Below, piece after piece: positions 1 through 9,848 of a stretch of 64,000 nt of DNA. How positions within the stretch are numbered: position 1 is the stretch's first letter; every line of letters begins with the position of its first letter. Source of the stretch: an uncultured Erysipelotrichaceae bacterium (lineage in GTDB: Bacteria > Bacillota_I > Bacilli_A > RF39 > UBA660); the NCBI GenBank assembly GCA_948442015.1, contig CAOJRP010000005.1:9-64008 (forward strand), written 5' to 3'. The position numbers and the translations under genes are program-made. The notes under the pieces are model-generated. The model was not told where the DNA came from. It did not search any database and was given only the letters and a program-made list of their open reading frames with translations.

Positions 1-63
1 TTATTAGGCTTTGTGTTATGAATCTCCCCACTTTGGAAACACTATCGAGTACTGAAAGTCTAT

Positions 64-92
64 TTGACTTTCTAAATCTTATGTGTTATTAT
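64..92 (+). promoter_or_regulatory. Sigma-A-type promoter candidate for the repeat-RNA/toxin unit
   Basis: TTGACT (64-69), 17-nt spacer, TATTAT (87-92) with TG at 84-85. The 8-bp inverted repeat CTTATGTG/CACATAAG (78-85 / 98-105) brackets the -10. Confidence 0.4.
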
Positions 93-123
93 ACTAGCAC
101 ATAAGAAATTATGTAATTGGTTG

Positions 124-214
124 CATTGTGAAAAATTTTCGAGGAACATATTAGTCAACCATATACTTACATTTTGAATAGCGTTGTGAAGATTTTTCGA
201 GGAACATATTAGTC
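124..214 (+). repeat. Two 33-nt direct repeats (124-156, 182-214; 30/33 identical; 58-nt period). Candidate toxI-like antitoxin RNA repeats or operator sites.
   Basis: CATTGTGAAAAATTTTCGAGGAACATATTAGTC vs CGTTGTGAAGATTTTTCGAGGAACATATTAGTC, read directly. No ORF; located between the promoter and the terminator. Confidence 0.45.
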
Positions 215-222
215 TATTCGTT

Positions 223-256
223 AGAAACTCTATTATATAGGGTTTCTTTTTGTTTT
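223..256 (+). terminator. Intrinsic terminator between the repeats and the toxin gene
   Basis: 11-bp hairpin 223-233/237-247 (AGAAACTCTAT / ATAGGGTTTCT, one G-U pair) followed by TTTTGTTTT. The AGGAG RBS (261-265) and ATG 273 follow. Confidence 0.6.
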
Positions 257-272
257 AGATAGGAGTGAAATA

Positions 273-644
273 ATGATAAATGGTCAAATATATTATATAG
301 ACTTTAATGGAAATAAAGGTTCTGAAATTAATGACACTCATTTAGGCATTATATTTACAATACCAAAGATAAATAATATGGTATTTTGTATTCCATTAAC
401 TAGCCCTAAAGAAAAACACTTTAAAACTTTAAAAGACTTTAATAACAGAAATTATTTAGAATTAAAATATCAAAATTTAGTATATATCAATCAAACTGAC
501 TCAATAGCATTATTAAATCAAATGAGAAGTATTTCTATAAAAAGACTTTTAAAGCCATACAAAAATATTGTATTAAATGAAAAAAACATTCAATTACTAG
601 TAACTAAAACGACAAAATACATTAAAAATATATTGAAAAAATAA
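273..644 (+). CDS. PemK/MazF-fold, ToxN/AbiQ-like endoribonuclease toxin (123 aa)
   Basis: N-terminal GQIYYIDF..GSE..H.GIIF resembles the PemK motif. FCIPLTSPKEKH resembles the ToxN YLAPLTSPKKWH segment as I recall it. A C-terminal LLNQMRSISIKRL-type strand is present. RBS AGGAG sits 7 nt upstream. Confidence 0.55.
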   Translation: MINGQIYYIDFNGNKGSEINDTHLGIIFTIPKINNMVFCIPLTSPKEKHFKTLKDFNNRNYLELKYQNLVYINQTDSIALLNQMRSISIKRLLKPYKNIVLNEKNIQLLVTKTTKYIKNILKK

Positions 645-823
645 ATAAATACATAAATAATAAATTTTCTTACAAAGTAAAATTGACTACTATATAAGTA
701 ATAGTCATACGATTAAAGACCACAGTCATTTTCACATACGTCGACACGCTACAGTTAATAAAAGCTAAGTTTTATTACTAGATAATATAAATTTATTTTA
801 TGAAATACAAATATGAATTTAAA

Positions 824-1735
824 TTAATTTAAATATTTATCAACAACTATACTTTTATCTTTTGGATTTATTTTCACCTCAACACCAATAGGAATAATAC
901 TATTTCCATGAAGATGTCCAAAATCATTAGTTTTTACTATCTTAACATCCTCGTTTATTTTTCTTAACTCTGAAACAATACTATATTTATTATTTTCTAC
1001 AGATTGTAATTGATAGATATAGCCGAAAACTACTGCTTTATTTAAAAAGCCACATTGATTTAGTTGTTCTAACATCGTATTCCAAATAACTATATCAGCT
1101 CTATACTTTTCTAAAAATAATATAGCATTACTTAAATCAGGTAAATAAGGAGTTCCAATTAACTTTAACATACTACTTGCATTAGTTCCATATATTTTCC
1201 CACTAATTACCTCATTTCCAAAATTATAAAATTCTCTAATATCATAAGGAATAATAGTTTTATTTCCATTAAATAACTTATCAACAACTTCGTTTTTATC
1301 ATACTCAGTAACATCATTTTTACCAAACCAAAGATAATCTTGACAATGAAAAGTTACAAGATTGGTCATTTTATTAATAGCACACAATAAAACTGTAATG
1401 TCACTATATCCTAGAAAAATTTTGGGATTATTTTTTATATTTTCAAAATCAATATATGGTAATATTCCATTAGCCATCTCTCCACCTTTTAAAGTAAAAA
1501 TAGCTTTAACATCTTTATCACTAAACATATTGTTTAAATCTTCTGCTCTTTCTTTCGGAGTTCCTGCACAATAATTATCATCCGAAAATAAATATTTACC
1601 ATATTTAACTTTTAATCCTAAACTTTCAAAATATTTAGTAGCATTTTCTAAATATACTTTATCATCTGTTTTTAATGCCTTATCTGGAGCAATAACTCCA
1701 ATTGTATCCCCAACACTTAATTTACTTGCTAACAT
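824..1735 (-). CDS. LD-carboxypeptidase, peptidase S66 family (LdcA/MccF-like)
   Basis: GYSDIT nucleophile motif, C-terminal FGHLHGN His motif, about 300 aa as typical for S66. Confidence 0.75.
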   Translation of the reverse strand: MLASKLSVGDTIGVIAPDKALKTDDKVYLENATKYFESLGLKVKYGKYLFSDDNYCAGTPKERAEDLNNMFSDKDVKAIFTLKGGEMANGILPYIDFENIKNNPKIFLGYSDITVLLCAINKMTNLVTFHCQDYLWFGKNDVTEYDKNEVVDKLFNGNKTIIPYDIREFYNFGNEVISGKIYGTNASSMLKLIGTPYLPDLSNAILFLEKYRADIVIWNTMLEQLNQCGFLNKAVVFGYIYQLQSVENNKYSIVSELRKINEDVKIVKTNDFGHLHGNSIIPIGVEVKINPKDKSIVVDKYLN

Positions 1736-1833
1736 TTATTTCCTCCTTAAAAAGTTTCTAAAATTTTAAAATAAATTACTATTACTTTGTCACTATCTTT
1801 TAATTCATCATTTTTGTATACTTTTTTAATCTC

Positions 1834-2553
1834 TTAATAAGTTTTTATTTCTTCATGAGTAAACTCGACAAACATCTTAAAATTATCTTCTTTATCTGTT
1901 ATTAGAGCTTGATACTCTTTCTTTTTATATATCCTATTTTGATGATTTTCATACCAAGGTATTGCTCTAAAATTTCTTTCCTCACTTAGCATTTTACTTA
2001 AAGCAAAATCATTAAAACTATAAATCTTAGCATTTTCATATTTAGAATGAATTTTATTTCTATATCTATTCATTGGCGCACTTGGTGTTTCTAAATCTTT
2101 CATTCCAATAAATAATAAATACTTTTGAACTCGTCTTAAGTATTCTAATTCTTGCTTACTATAAAATTGTTCCTCATCTTTAGCTATACTAAAAGACTCT
2201 GGCGACCTATATAAAGCTCTTACTACTTCCTCAAAAGAATGAGCATGACTATGTCCTATTACTGCTTCTGTTATATACTTTCCATTTTTTCTCCAACCTC
2301 TAAAATGTTTATCTGTAAAAGAATAGTAAAATCCTGTAAAGGCAATTTCTCCTAAAGCCTCTGTAAGACTTGTATGTACTTCTAATTCATTTTGAGCTTT
2401 TTCACTATTAATAATTGATTTTCCATTATAAAAATAAACATATTCTAGTGTTTGTCTTTCTTCATCCCAAAACAAAGTTGGTAAGTTATTCTTCTTAAAC
2501 TTATCATACCTTTTAATAAATTCTTTACAATTAAATTTACTTTCTTTTGTCAT
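1834..2553 (-). CDS. Hypothetical protein (239 aa)
   Basis: Long intact ORF on the coding-dense strand; no motif recognised. Confidence 0.5.
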   Translation of the reverse strand: MTKESKFNCKEFIKRYDKFKKNNLPTLFWDEERQTLEYVYFYNGKSIINSEKAQNELEVHTSLTEALGEIAFTGFYYSFTDKHFRGWRKNGKYITEAVIGHSHAHSFEEVVRALYRSPESFSIAKDEEQFYSKQELEYLRRVQKYLLFIGMKDLETPSAPMNRYRNKIHSKYENAKIYSFNDFALSKMLSEERNFRAIPWYENHQNRIYKKKEYQALITDKEDNFKMFVEFTHEEIKTY

Positions 2554-2583
2554 AATTTTTCTTCCTTAAATATTTATATAAAT

Positions 2584-3210
2584 TTATTTCAAAATTAATT
2601 TTCTTACATAAGGCTCTTTATCTATTAAAGCATATTGCCCATTTTCATAATTTTGATTAGCAATAGCAACAATCCCATTTAACTTTTCTTCATCTAATAA
2701 TTGAGTATTAACTTTACAATAACGAATTTTTCCTTCACATATTGCTTGCTTAATTGTATAAGTTGCATTTTTAATTTTTACAATTGCTACTTTAGGATTT
2801 TTTAATTGTAACCTTTCATTATAATTAAGTGGACTTTCATAATATAAATGTTCTTTTCCTACTCTATCTGGATAGTCAATTGTTTCAACTTCACCATCTG
2901 TAATTAAATCAAACCCCATTATTCTACCAATATTTTTTCCATAAACAAGAGAATAAGAAGTATTTGGATTAAAACCATAAATGAATAATTTATTTATACT
3001 ATTTCTTCCTACTTTATATCTAATTACTAATTCTTTTGCCATCTGCCTGATTTTTAATTTTCCATCTTCACTTAATCCTTGTTCATATCTTGAAAAATCA
3101 TAATCTCTATCATAAGTTAAATTTAAAATATGACTATAAAATTGATCAAACCAGATATATCCACCAAAATATTTTTCGCGATATAATCCATCAGACAAAT
3201 TTACTTTCAT
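2584..3210 (-). CDS. Hypothetical protein (208 aa); possibly the 3' part of a frameshifted longer gene starting at 3433
   Basis: The reading frame is open upstream to 3342 without an ATG. A 38-codon ORF (3433..3317) with a strong GGAGG RBS ends in another frame inside that open stretch. Confidence 0.5.
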   Translation of the reverse strand: MKVNLSDGLYREKYFGGYIWFDQFYSHILNLTYDRDYDFSRYEQGLSEDGKLKIRQMAKELVIRYKVGRNSINKLFIYGFNPNTSYSLVYGKNIGRIMGFDLITDGEVETIDYPDRVGKEHLYYESPLNYNERLQLKNPKVAIVKIKNATYTIKQAICEGKIRYCKVNTQLLDEEKLNGIVAIANQNYENGQYALIDKEPYVRKLILK

Positions 3211-3552
3211 CTCATTAATTCCTCGAGATGAAGTTATGTCAAAAAATAACTCTTCTAATGCTTCATCTTTATAATAGCAATATAGCTTTTCTTGTAATTC
3301 ATCTTCATTTATTTTACTAATACCATTTTGACATAATAATGGTTAAAAGTACAGCTACAAAATCATGTTCTGTAAATGCTGGATTGACAAACCTTTCTAT
3401 ATACCTTTTATGTTCTTCATTAATTACTGACATTATGAAAACCTCCTCAATACATAAGTATTATAGCATTAATTTAAGCACATTAAAACTCTTACATTTT
3501 ATTTTTCCTCATCAAAAATACTTTTTCTATTATATTTTTCTGCATTAAGTTG

Positions 3553-3825
3553 TTATTTAAGAAACATACATTCTTCCAAGTTTATATCATACATATTAGC
3601 TAAACAAATAACATAATAAAGGACATCATATAATTCTTCTTCAATAGTTCCTTTAATTGTACCATTATCCTTTAGACGTTTATCTTTCCTAATAGCTTGT
3701 GCTAACTCACCAACCTCTTCTGTTAATTTATAAAAATATTTATCTATAGAATTATTTTTATGGTCAATTTCTTTTATTAACATTTGTAAATTTGATATAG
3801 TTATTTTTTCCATTTTATTAAACAC
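3553..3825 (-). CDS. MazG-like nucleoside-triphosphate pyrophosphohydrolase (small single-domain type)
   Basis: LTEEVGELAQAIRK ... EEELYDVLYYVICLAN, a typical EExxE/four-helix MazG pattern; 90 aa. Confidence 0.7.
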   Translation of the reverse strand: MFNKMEKITISNLQMLIKEIDHKNNSIDKYFYKLTEEVGELAQAIRKDKRLKDNGTIKGTIEEELYDVLYYVICLANMYDINLEECMFLK

Positions 3826-3846
3826 TCCTTTAAAATTATTACATTT

Positions 3847-4398
3847 TTACAATAATAAATCTTCTATCTCATTCCAATTATTTACTCGTATAATATTATT
3901 TTTTTTCAAATCCTCTTCTTTAATAGAATTATTACTCCAAGAATTAAATAATATTTTTAAATCGGCATTTTCTAATCCTGATAATCTATCATCTATACTT
4001 ATATCAAAGTGCATCAGTTTTTTATTTTGAGCAAATATATAATTATTTGGATTAATAAAAGGTAATTTTTCTTTCAAATAATTAAATTTATTTTTAAGAT
4101 TTTCAGCAGGATTAATAATATCTTTACCCCAAATATAAGAAGTTACAATATATATATCATATTTTTCATTTAATTTTTTTAAGGTTTCATAACAACCTTC
4201 TAATAAAGGAGCATTTTCATATAAATTTTTATACTCATAAATACTCTTAAATTCCTCTTCTCTTCCTTCTATAACCTTCTGCCTATATTTCACATTAATA
4301 GTATTAAAATCAAGTTTTTTATTTAAAAATTCTTCTAAAAAAAGCGTAAAACAACTATTTGTAATTACATTATCCATATCAATCATAAGAGTTTTCAT
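3847..4398 (-). CDS. HAD-superfamily 5'(3')-deoxyribonucleotidase-like protein
   Basis: N-terminal MIDMDNV (DxDxV HAD motif I as in NT5C/YorS-type nucleotidases); 183 aa. Confidence 0.6.
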   Translation of the reverse strand: MKTLMIDMDNVITNSCFTLFLEEFLNKKLDFNTINVKYRQKVIEGREEEFKSIYEYKNLYENAPLLEGCYETLKKLNEKYDIYIVTSYIWGKDIINPAENLKNKFNYLKEKLPFINPNNYIFAQNKKLMHFDISIDDRLSGLENADLKILFNSWSNNSIKEEDLKKNNIIRVNNWNEIEDLLL

Positions 4399-4577
4399 AT
4401 ATAAAGCCTCCTTAATAAAATTATAGCATTATTTATTGTTTTAATAGAAAAAATTTTTTAAAAAGTTCTTGATTTCAAAACATTTGTTTGTTATTATATA
4501 TTTATAAACAAATTTTAAACTATAAAAAATATTTAAAGAGCTTTAAAAAATTAACAAGTTTTATTAAGGGGGAAAAT

Positions 4578-5222
4578 ATGAAAGATAAAACTAAACTTTT
4601 AAGATTATTAGAAACACATAATAACAATATAAAAATATCAAATTATAATTTAAAGGATAAGTTTACTAACTTTGAAATATCAAAATTAGATGAAAGCTGT
4701 ACCTTACTGTATGAAATTCAAAATAATCCTAAAACTTTTAAAAGATATTCTCGTGGATCCATAATAAAAGTTAAATTCGGAGTTAATATAGGAAGTGAAT
4801 TCTCTGGAGATCATTATGCTATTGTTTTATCTAAAGGTTATAGTATGTACAATCCAATATTACATGTTATTCCTTTAACTTCTGATAATAGTCCACATAA
4901 TATAAATCTAGGAAATATATTGTATAATAAAAATAAAATAGATGAATTAAATGAATTATATAAAACTCAAAAAAATTTTAAAAATCTTAAAGAAATTAAA
5001 AATTGTATAAATTATTATTCTAAAAATAAAAACAGAAATTCTTTTGCTTGTATAAAACATATAAATACTATAAGCAAATTATCCATTATAAAACCAATAA
5101 ATAAATTTGATTATCTACACAAATTAAAATTAAGTAAAGAACAATTAAATATTATAGATAAAGCAATAATAAAAGAATATACAAATATAAATATTTTAAA
5201 AAACAAAATAATAAATCCTTGA
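4578..5222 (+). CDS. PemK/MazF-like domain protein with an approx. 85-aa N-terminal extension (orphan toxin candidate)
   Basis: GSIIKVKFGVNIGSEFSGDHYAIVLS ... VIPLTS ... INTISKLSIIKP is paralogous to the 273-644 product. The start was moved to ATG 4578 because of the AAGGGGG RBS. It ends in TGA. Confidence 0.5.
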   Translation: MKDKTKLLRLLETHNNNIKISNYNLKDKFTNFEISKLDESCTLLYEIQNNPKTFKRYSRGSIIKVKFGVNIGSEFSGDHYAIVLSKGYSMYNPILHVIPLTSDNSPHNINLGNILYNKNKIDELNELYKTQKNFKNLKEIKNCINYYSKNKNRNSFACIKHINTISKLSIIKPINKFDYLHKLKLSKEQLNIIDKAIIKEYTNINILKNKIINP

Positions 5223-5239
5223 CTAGAATATAATAATAG

Positions 5240-5324
5240 TGTAGAATGTTAAATACAAGAGCAGAAATGCTTTAATGGTATTATTAAAATTAATACCGTG
5301 ACAAGTGTCTTAGGACATTCTATA
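5240..5324 (+). ncRNA. Candidate structured RNA (three-way junction) in the 3' region of the PemK-like gene
   Basis: P1 TAGAATGT/ACATTCTA (5242-5249 / 5315-5322) encloses a GAAA-tetraloop hairpin (5258-5273) and a 7-bp hairpin GGTATTA/TAATACC (5277-5283 / 5291-5297). Confidence 0.3.
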
Positions 5325-5348
5325 ATCTAGCTAAATGCTAGATTTTTT
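5325..5348 (+). terminator. Intrinsic terminator
   Basis: ATCTAGC/GCTAGAT stem (5325-5331 / 5337-5343) followed by a T-run. Confidence 0.6.
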
Positions 5349-5391
5349 GTTGAATTATAACTCAAAAATATATAATTACATAATTTTAACA

Positions 5392-5919
5392 TTATTTATT
5401 TCGATTTATAAATGATTTAATCAATTGTCTATCAAGTTCATCAACATTTTCTATATAGGTATTGTACTCTCCTTCGATATATGCTTTATATTCTGTTGAA
5501 TACTCTCTACCCCTTAACCCTTCATATAGAATTACTTTTCCCAATATAAAACTATCGTCTAACTCTCTAAAAGGTATTGCATATTCTAAGAAAGGTATAT
5601 TAGGATGAATACTTTCAGGATATAAGCCAAAACCTCTATACATATTTAATAAATCATCAGGAATATCATAGAAGGCAATATAACTTCTATCATCCCAAAC
5701 CATTGAAGGTATTCCGTTTATATATTCTTTTGCTTCTTCATAAAAATGAAAAAAATGGATATAATCAAGGTCATTTTTATATTTATGAGTATTTATGCCA
5801 TGATTATATTCTTTTTTAGGAAAACTTATTATACCATTTTGATAATCTTGAAATTCATTTCTTGATTGACCATTTTTAGCATAAGTGTAAATATCTTCTA
5901 TAACTCTATAAATTATCAT
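5392..5919 (-). CDS. Hypothetical protein (175 aa)
   Basis: Intact ORF; no motif recognised. Confidence 0.5.
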   Translation of the reverse strand: MIIYRVIEDIYTYAKNGQSRNEFQDYQNGIISFPKKEYNHGINTHKYKNDLDYIHFFHFYEEAKEYINGIPSMVWDDRSYIAFYDIPDDLLNMYRGFGLYPESIHPNIPFLEYAIPFRELDDSFILGKVILYEGLRGREYSTEYKAYIEGEYNTYIENVDELDRQLIKSFINRNK

Positions 5920-5935
5920 TTTTTATCTCCTAAGT

Positions 5936-5967
5936 TTTAAAAATACTAATCTCAAAGACTAGTATTT
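5936..5967 (-). terminator. Possible terminator after tRNA-Ala (end of the rpoBC-tRNA unit)
   Basis: AAATACTA/TAGTATTT stem (5941-5948 / 5960-5967) running into TTTTT on the minus strand. Confidence 0.3.
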
Positions 5968-6009
5968 TCATATTTAAAGTTCGAATAAATCGAAACTACT
6001 TAACAAATT

Positions 6010-6086
6010 TGGTGGAGAATAAGGGACTCGAACCCTTGACCCCCTGCGTGCAAGGCAGGTGCTCTAGCCAACTGAGCTAATTCCCC
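6010..6086 (-). tRNA. tRNA-Ala (anticodon UGC), CCA encoded
   Basis: Reverse complement GGGGAATTAGCTCAGTTGGCTAGAGCACCTGCCTTGCACGCAGGGGGTCAAGGGTTCGAGTCCCTTATTCTCCACCA. It has a cloverleaf fold, the G3:U70 identity pair and anticodon loop CTTGCAC. Confidence 0.95.
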
Positions 6087-6158
6087 AGAAGAACAAGATA
6101 ATCATATCATAAAACCACTAGTTAATCAAGTACTTTTAAAATTATCTTGTTAATTTTT

Positions 6159-9100
6159 TTAGTTTTCTGTAAGAGTTTCTAAATTAGTCGCTTCAAGAAC
6201 TATTTCATCATTATCAATAAATTTCTCTTCTAAGAATTCTGATGGTTCATCATCCATAAATTCTTTTTGCAACTCAATTTCAATATCGCTATATTGTTTA
6301 GCACCTGTACCAGCAGGAATAAGTTTACCAATAATAACGTTTTCTTTTAACCCTCTTAAGTAATCTACTTTACCTTTAATAGAAGCATCTGTTAATACTC
6401 TTGTTGTTTCTTGGAATGATGCTGCTGATAAGAATGAATCTGTTTCTAATGATGATTTAGTAATACCTAACATAATTGGTCTTCCTGTTGCAGGAACGCC
6501 ACCTTTTAAGATAACTGGTTTATTAGCCTCCGTAAATGTACGAAGTGATACAGACAAACCTTCAACTAAATCAGTATCGCCACCATCAACAATCTTCATC
6601 TTATTAATCATACGACGAACAATAACTTCAATATGTTTATCCGAAATATCAACGCCTTGAGATTTATAAACTTTTTGAATTTCTTTTAAGATATATTGTT
6701 CAGCTGTAATTGGGTCAGTAACAGCAAGTAATTCTTTAGGACTTATAGAACCTTCAGTTAATTGTTCTCCTGCTACTACTTTATCGCCAACAGCAACTCT
6801 TAACTTCATATTGTAGTTAGTAACGTGTTCTCTTTCTTCCACATCATTTTTAATAACAATTTTATGTTTTCCATTAGCTTCTTCAATACTAGAAACTGTT
6901 CCAGCAACTTCCGCAATAGTTGCTTTAGCTTTTGGAATACGTGCTTCAAACAATTCTTCAACTCTTGGAAGACCTTGTGTGATATCGGCATCCCCACCAT
7001 GGGCAACACCACCAGAGTGGAATGTACGCATTGTAAGTTGGGTACCAGGTTCACCAATTGATTGAGCAGCCATAATACCTACTGCTTCACCAGTTTCAAC
7101 TAAGTTACCAGTAGCTAAGTTACGACCATAACATCTTTGACAAACTCCATTTTCAGCTTTACAAGTTAGAGCTGTTCTAATTTCCACTGATTTAATACCA
7201 GCTTTAATAATTTTGGCACATAAACTTTCGTTAATAAATTCATTTTTATCACAAATAACTTCTTTCGTTTCAGGATTAATTACTTTTGTAGCAGTATATC
7301 TTCCTAAAATTCTTTCCGCAAGTGGTTCAATCATCGCTCCACTTTTCTCATCAACGAAATCAGTTACAGCAACTCCACCAATGGCACCACAGTCTTCCTC
7401 ACGAACAATGATATCTTGAGATACATCAACAAGTCTTCTTGTTAAGTAACCAGAATCAGCAGTTCTTAGGGCAGTATCGGCAGAACCTTTACGAGCACCA
7501 TGTGTTGATAAGAAGAATTCAGACACATTTAAGCCTTCGATGAAACTTGATTTAATAGGGATTTCCACTGGTTCACCACTTGGTTTAGCCATACAACCAC
7601 GCATACCAGCAAGTTGCGTAAAGTTTCCAGCATTACCACGGGCACCAGAATTCATCATCATGAAGATAGGATTCTTATGATCACCTTCGGCAATATTCTT
7701 AAGTTCATCTTGAATATCGTCTTTAGCTTTATTCCATGTACTAATAACACTACTAAATCTTTCTTCTTCAGTGATTAATCCACGACTGAATTGTTTATTT
7801 ATTTTATCAACTTTCTCTTGTGATTCATTAATAATTTTATCTTTATCCTTACTTGTAACGATATCAGCAGCCGAAACAGTAATACCTGCTACTGTTGAAT
7901 ACTTAAATCCTAAGTCTTTTAAGTTATCAAGCATGATAGATGTCTCAGTTGTTTTATATCTTTTAAATACTTGGGCAATGATTTGTGATAATGTCTTCTT
8001 AACGAATGGTGCTACTAGTGGCATTTCACTAACAGCTTTCCTTAAATCTGTTCCTGGTTCTAAGAAGAATTTTGAAGGAGTAATACTTTCAATATTCTCT
8101 TTACTTCCCTCATTAATAAATGGGAATGAATCAGGTAAAATTTCATTAAAGATTATTTTACCAACAGTTGTTACAAGATATTTGTCTCTTTGTTCATCAG
8201 TAAATAATTTATATTTAAATGAACTTACTGGTACAACTATTCTTGTATGAAGAGTAATTTCTCTTCTTTCATAAGCCATTAAGGCTTCATTAGTATTTTT
8301 ATATGCTTTACCTTCGTTTTCTTCTCCCGCTTCTTCAATAGATAAGTAATAGTTTCCTAAAACCATATCTTGAGAAGGTGTAACGATTGGTTTTCCATCT
8401 TTTGGATTTAAGATATTATTAGCACCAAGCATTAAGATACGGGCTTCAGCTTTAGCTTCTTCAGAAAGTGGTACGTGAACAGCCATTTGGTCACCATCAA
8501 AGTCAGCATTAAATCCAGTACAAACAAGTGGATGTAGTCTGATTGCTTTACCACCAACTAATTTTGGTTCAAATGCTTGAATACCTAATCTATGTAGTGT
8601 TGGAGCACGATTTAACATAACTGGATGTTCAGTAATAACATCTTCAACGATATCCCATACTTGTTCGTCCCTAGCTTCAATTAATTTCTTAGCACCTTTA
8701 ATATTGTGAGCAAGTCCTCTTTCAACTAAGCCATGAATAACGTGTGGTTTAAATAACTCTAGAGCCATTTCTTTTGGAATACCACATTGATACATTTTTA
8801 AGTTTGGACCAACACAGATAACAGAACGACCAGAGTAGTCAACACGTTTACCTAATAAGTTTTGTCTAAATCTTCCTTGTTTACCTTTTAACATACTAGA
8901 TAAAGATTTTAAAGGACGATTACCAGCTGCTGTAATACTTCTACCACGACGGCCATTATCGAATAATGAGTCCACTGTTTCTTGAAGCATTCTTTTTTCA
9001 TTTTGAACAATGATTGTTGGTGCTCCAAGTTCTAGTAATTTCTTTAGACGATTATTACGGTTAATAATTCTACGATATAAATCATTTAAGTCACTTGTTG

Positions 9101-9848
9101 CAAATCTTCCACCATCTAATTGAATCATTGGACGAAGTTCTGGTGGAATTACTGGAAGGGCATCAAGAACCATCCATTCAGGACGATTGCCAGATTCTTG
9201 AAATGATACAAGACAATCAAGTCTCTTAACAAGACGAATTCTTTTTTGTCCAGTTGTATTTTCAAGTTCTTTTCTTACAGCTTCAACTTCTTTATCAATA
9301 TCAACTTGAGATAATAAATCTTTAATTGCTTCAGCACCCATACCTACTTTAAATGTATCCCCATATTTTTCATAGTAAGCACGATATTCTTTATCGGATA
9401 AAGTTTGTTTTCTTTCTAGTGGTACATCTTTAGGGTCGATAACAACATAACTTACGAAATATAGTACTTCTTCTAAGTCTCTTGGAGACATATCTAGAAC
9501 AAGACCCATTTTAGAAGGTACACCTTTAAAATACCAAATGTGAGAACAAGGAGAAGCAAGTTCAATATGTCCCATTCGTTCACGACGAACTTTAGAACTT
9601 GTAACTTCTACTCCACATCTATCACAAATAACATTTTTATATCTTAGTCTTTTATATTTCCCACAAGAACATTCGTAATCCTTTTGTGGTCCAAAGATTT
9701 TTTCACAGAATAATCCATCTCTTTCAGGCTTTAATGTACGATAGTTAATTGTTTCTGGTTTTTTAATTTCTCCATAAGACCAACTACGAATTTTCTCAGG
9801 GCTAGCGATTCCTATTCTTATACCTTTAAAGCTATTAACTTCCATCAT
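6159..9848 (-). CDS. rpoC: DNA-directed RNA polymerase subunit beta'
   Basis: 1229 aa; N-terminal zinc-binding cysteine cluster ([23 protein letters not shown]); catalytic [12 protein letters not shown] motif. Confidence 0.98.
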   Translation of the reverse strand: MMEVNSFKGIRIGIASPEKIRSWSYGEIKKPETINYRTLKPERDGLFCEKIFGPQKDYECSCGKYKRLRYKNVICDRCGVEVTSSKVRRERMGHIELASPCSHIWYFKGVPSKMGLVLDMSPRDLEEVLYFVSYVVIDPKDVPLERKQTLSDKEYRAYYEKYGDTFKVGMGAEAIKDLLSQVDIDKEVEAVRKELENTTGQKRIRLVKRLDCLVSFQESGNRPEWMVLDALPVIPPELRPMIQLDGGRFATSDLNDLYRRIINRNNRLKKLLELGAPTIIVQNEKRMLQETVDSLFDNGRRGRSITAAGNRPLKSLSSMLKGKQGRFRQNLLGKRVDYSGRSVICVGPNLKMYQCGIPKEMALELFKPHVIHGLVERGLAHNIKGAKKLIEARDEQVWDIVEDVITEHPVMLNRAPTLHRLGIQAFEPKLVGGKAIRLHPLVCTGFNADFDGDQMAVHVPLSEEAKAEARILMLGANNILNPKDGKPIVTPSQDMVLGNYYLSIEEAGEENEGKAYKNTNEALMAYERREITLHTRIVVPVSSFKYKLFTDEQRDKYLVTTVGKIIFNEILPDSFPFINEGSKENIESITPSKFFLEPGTDLRKAVSEMPLVAPFVKKTLSQIIAQVFKRYKTTETSIMLDNLKDLGFKYSTVAGITVSAADIVTSKDKDKIINESQEKVDKINKQFSRGLITEEERFSSVISTWNKAKDDIQDELKNIAEGDHKNPIFMMMNSGARGNAGNFTQLAGMRGCMAKPSGEPVEIPIKSSFIEGLNVSEFFLSTHGARKGSADTALRTADSGYLTRRLVDVSQDIIVREEDCGAIGGVAVTDFVDEKSGAMIEPLAERILGRYTATKVINPETKEVICDKNEFINESLCAKIIKAGIKSVEIRTALTCKAENGVCQRCYGRNLATGNLVETGEAVGIMAAQSIGEPGTQLTMRTFHSGGVAHGGDADITQGLPRVEELFEARIPKAKATIAEVAGTVSSIEEANGKHKIVIKNDVEEREHVTNYNMKLRVAVGDKVVAGEQLTEGSISPKELLAVTDPITAEQYILKEIQKVYKSQGVDISDKHIEVIVRRMINKMKIVDGGDTDLVEGLSVSLRTFTEANKPVILKGGVPATGRPIMLGITKSSLETDSFLSAASFQETTRVLTDASIKGKVDYLRGLKENVIIGKLIPAGTGAKQYSDIEIELQKEFMDDEPSEFLEEKFIDNDEIVLEATNLETLTEN

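Noticed and set aside
124-214. The 33-nt direct repeats as a mini-CRISPR array.
   Set aside because: There are only two copies and they are not identical. There is a single 25-nt spacer and no cas genes or leader in the window. The promoter-repeat-terminator-toxin context fits a type III TA or operator arrangement better.
3339-3548. 69-aa plus-strand ORF between the hypothetical genes and the MazG-like gene.
   Set aside because: It overlaps the RBS-led minus-strand start region at 3433, lacks an RBS, and looks like non-coding AT-rich sequence.
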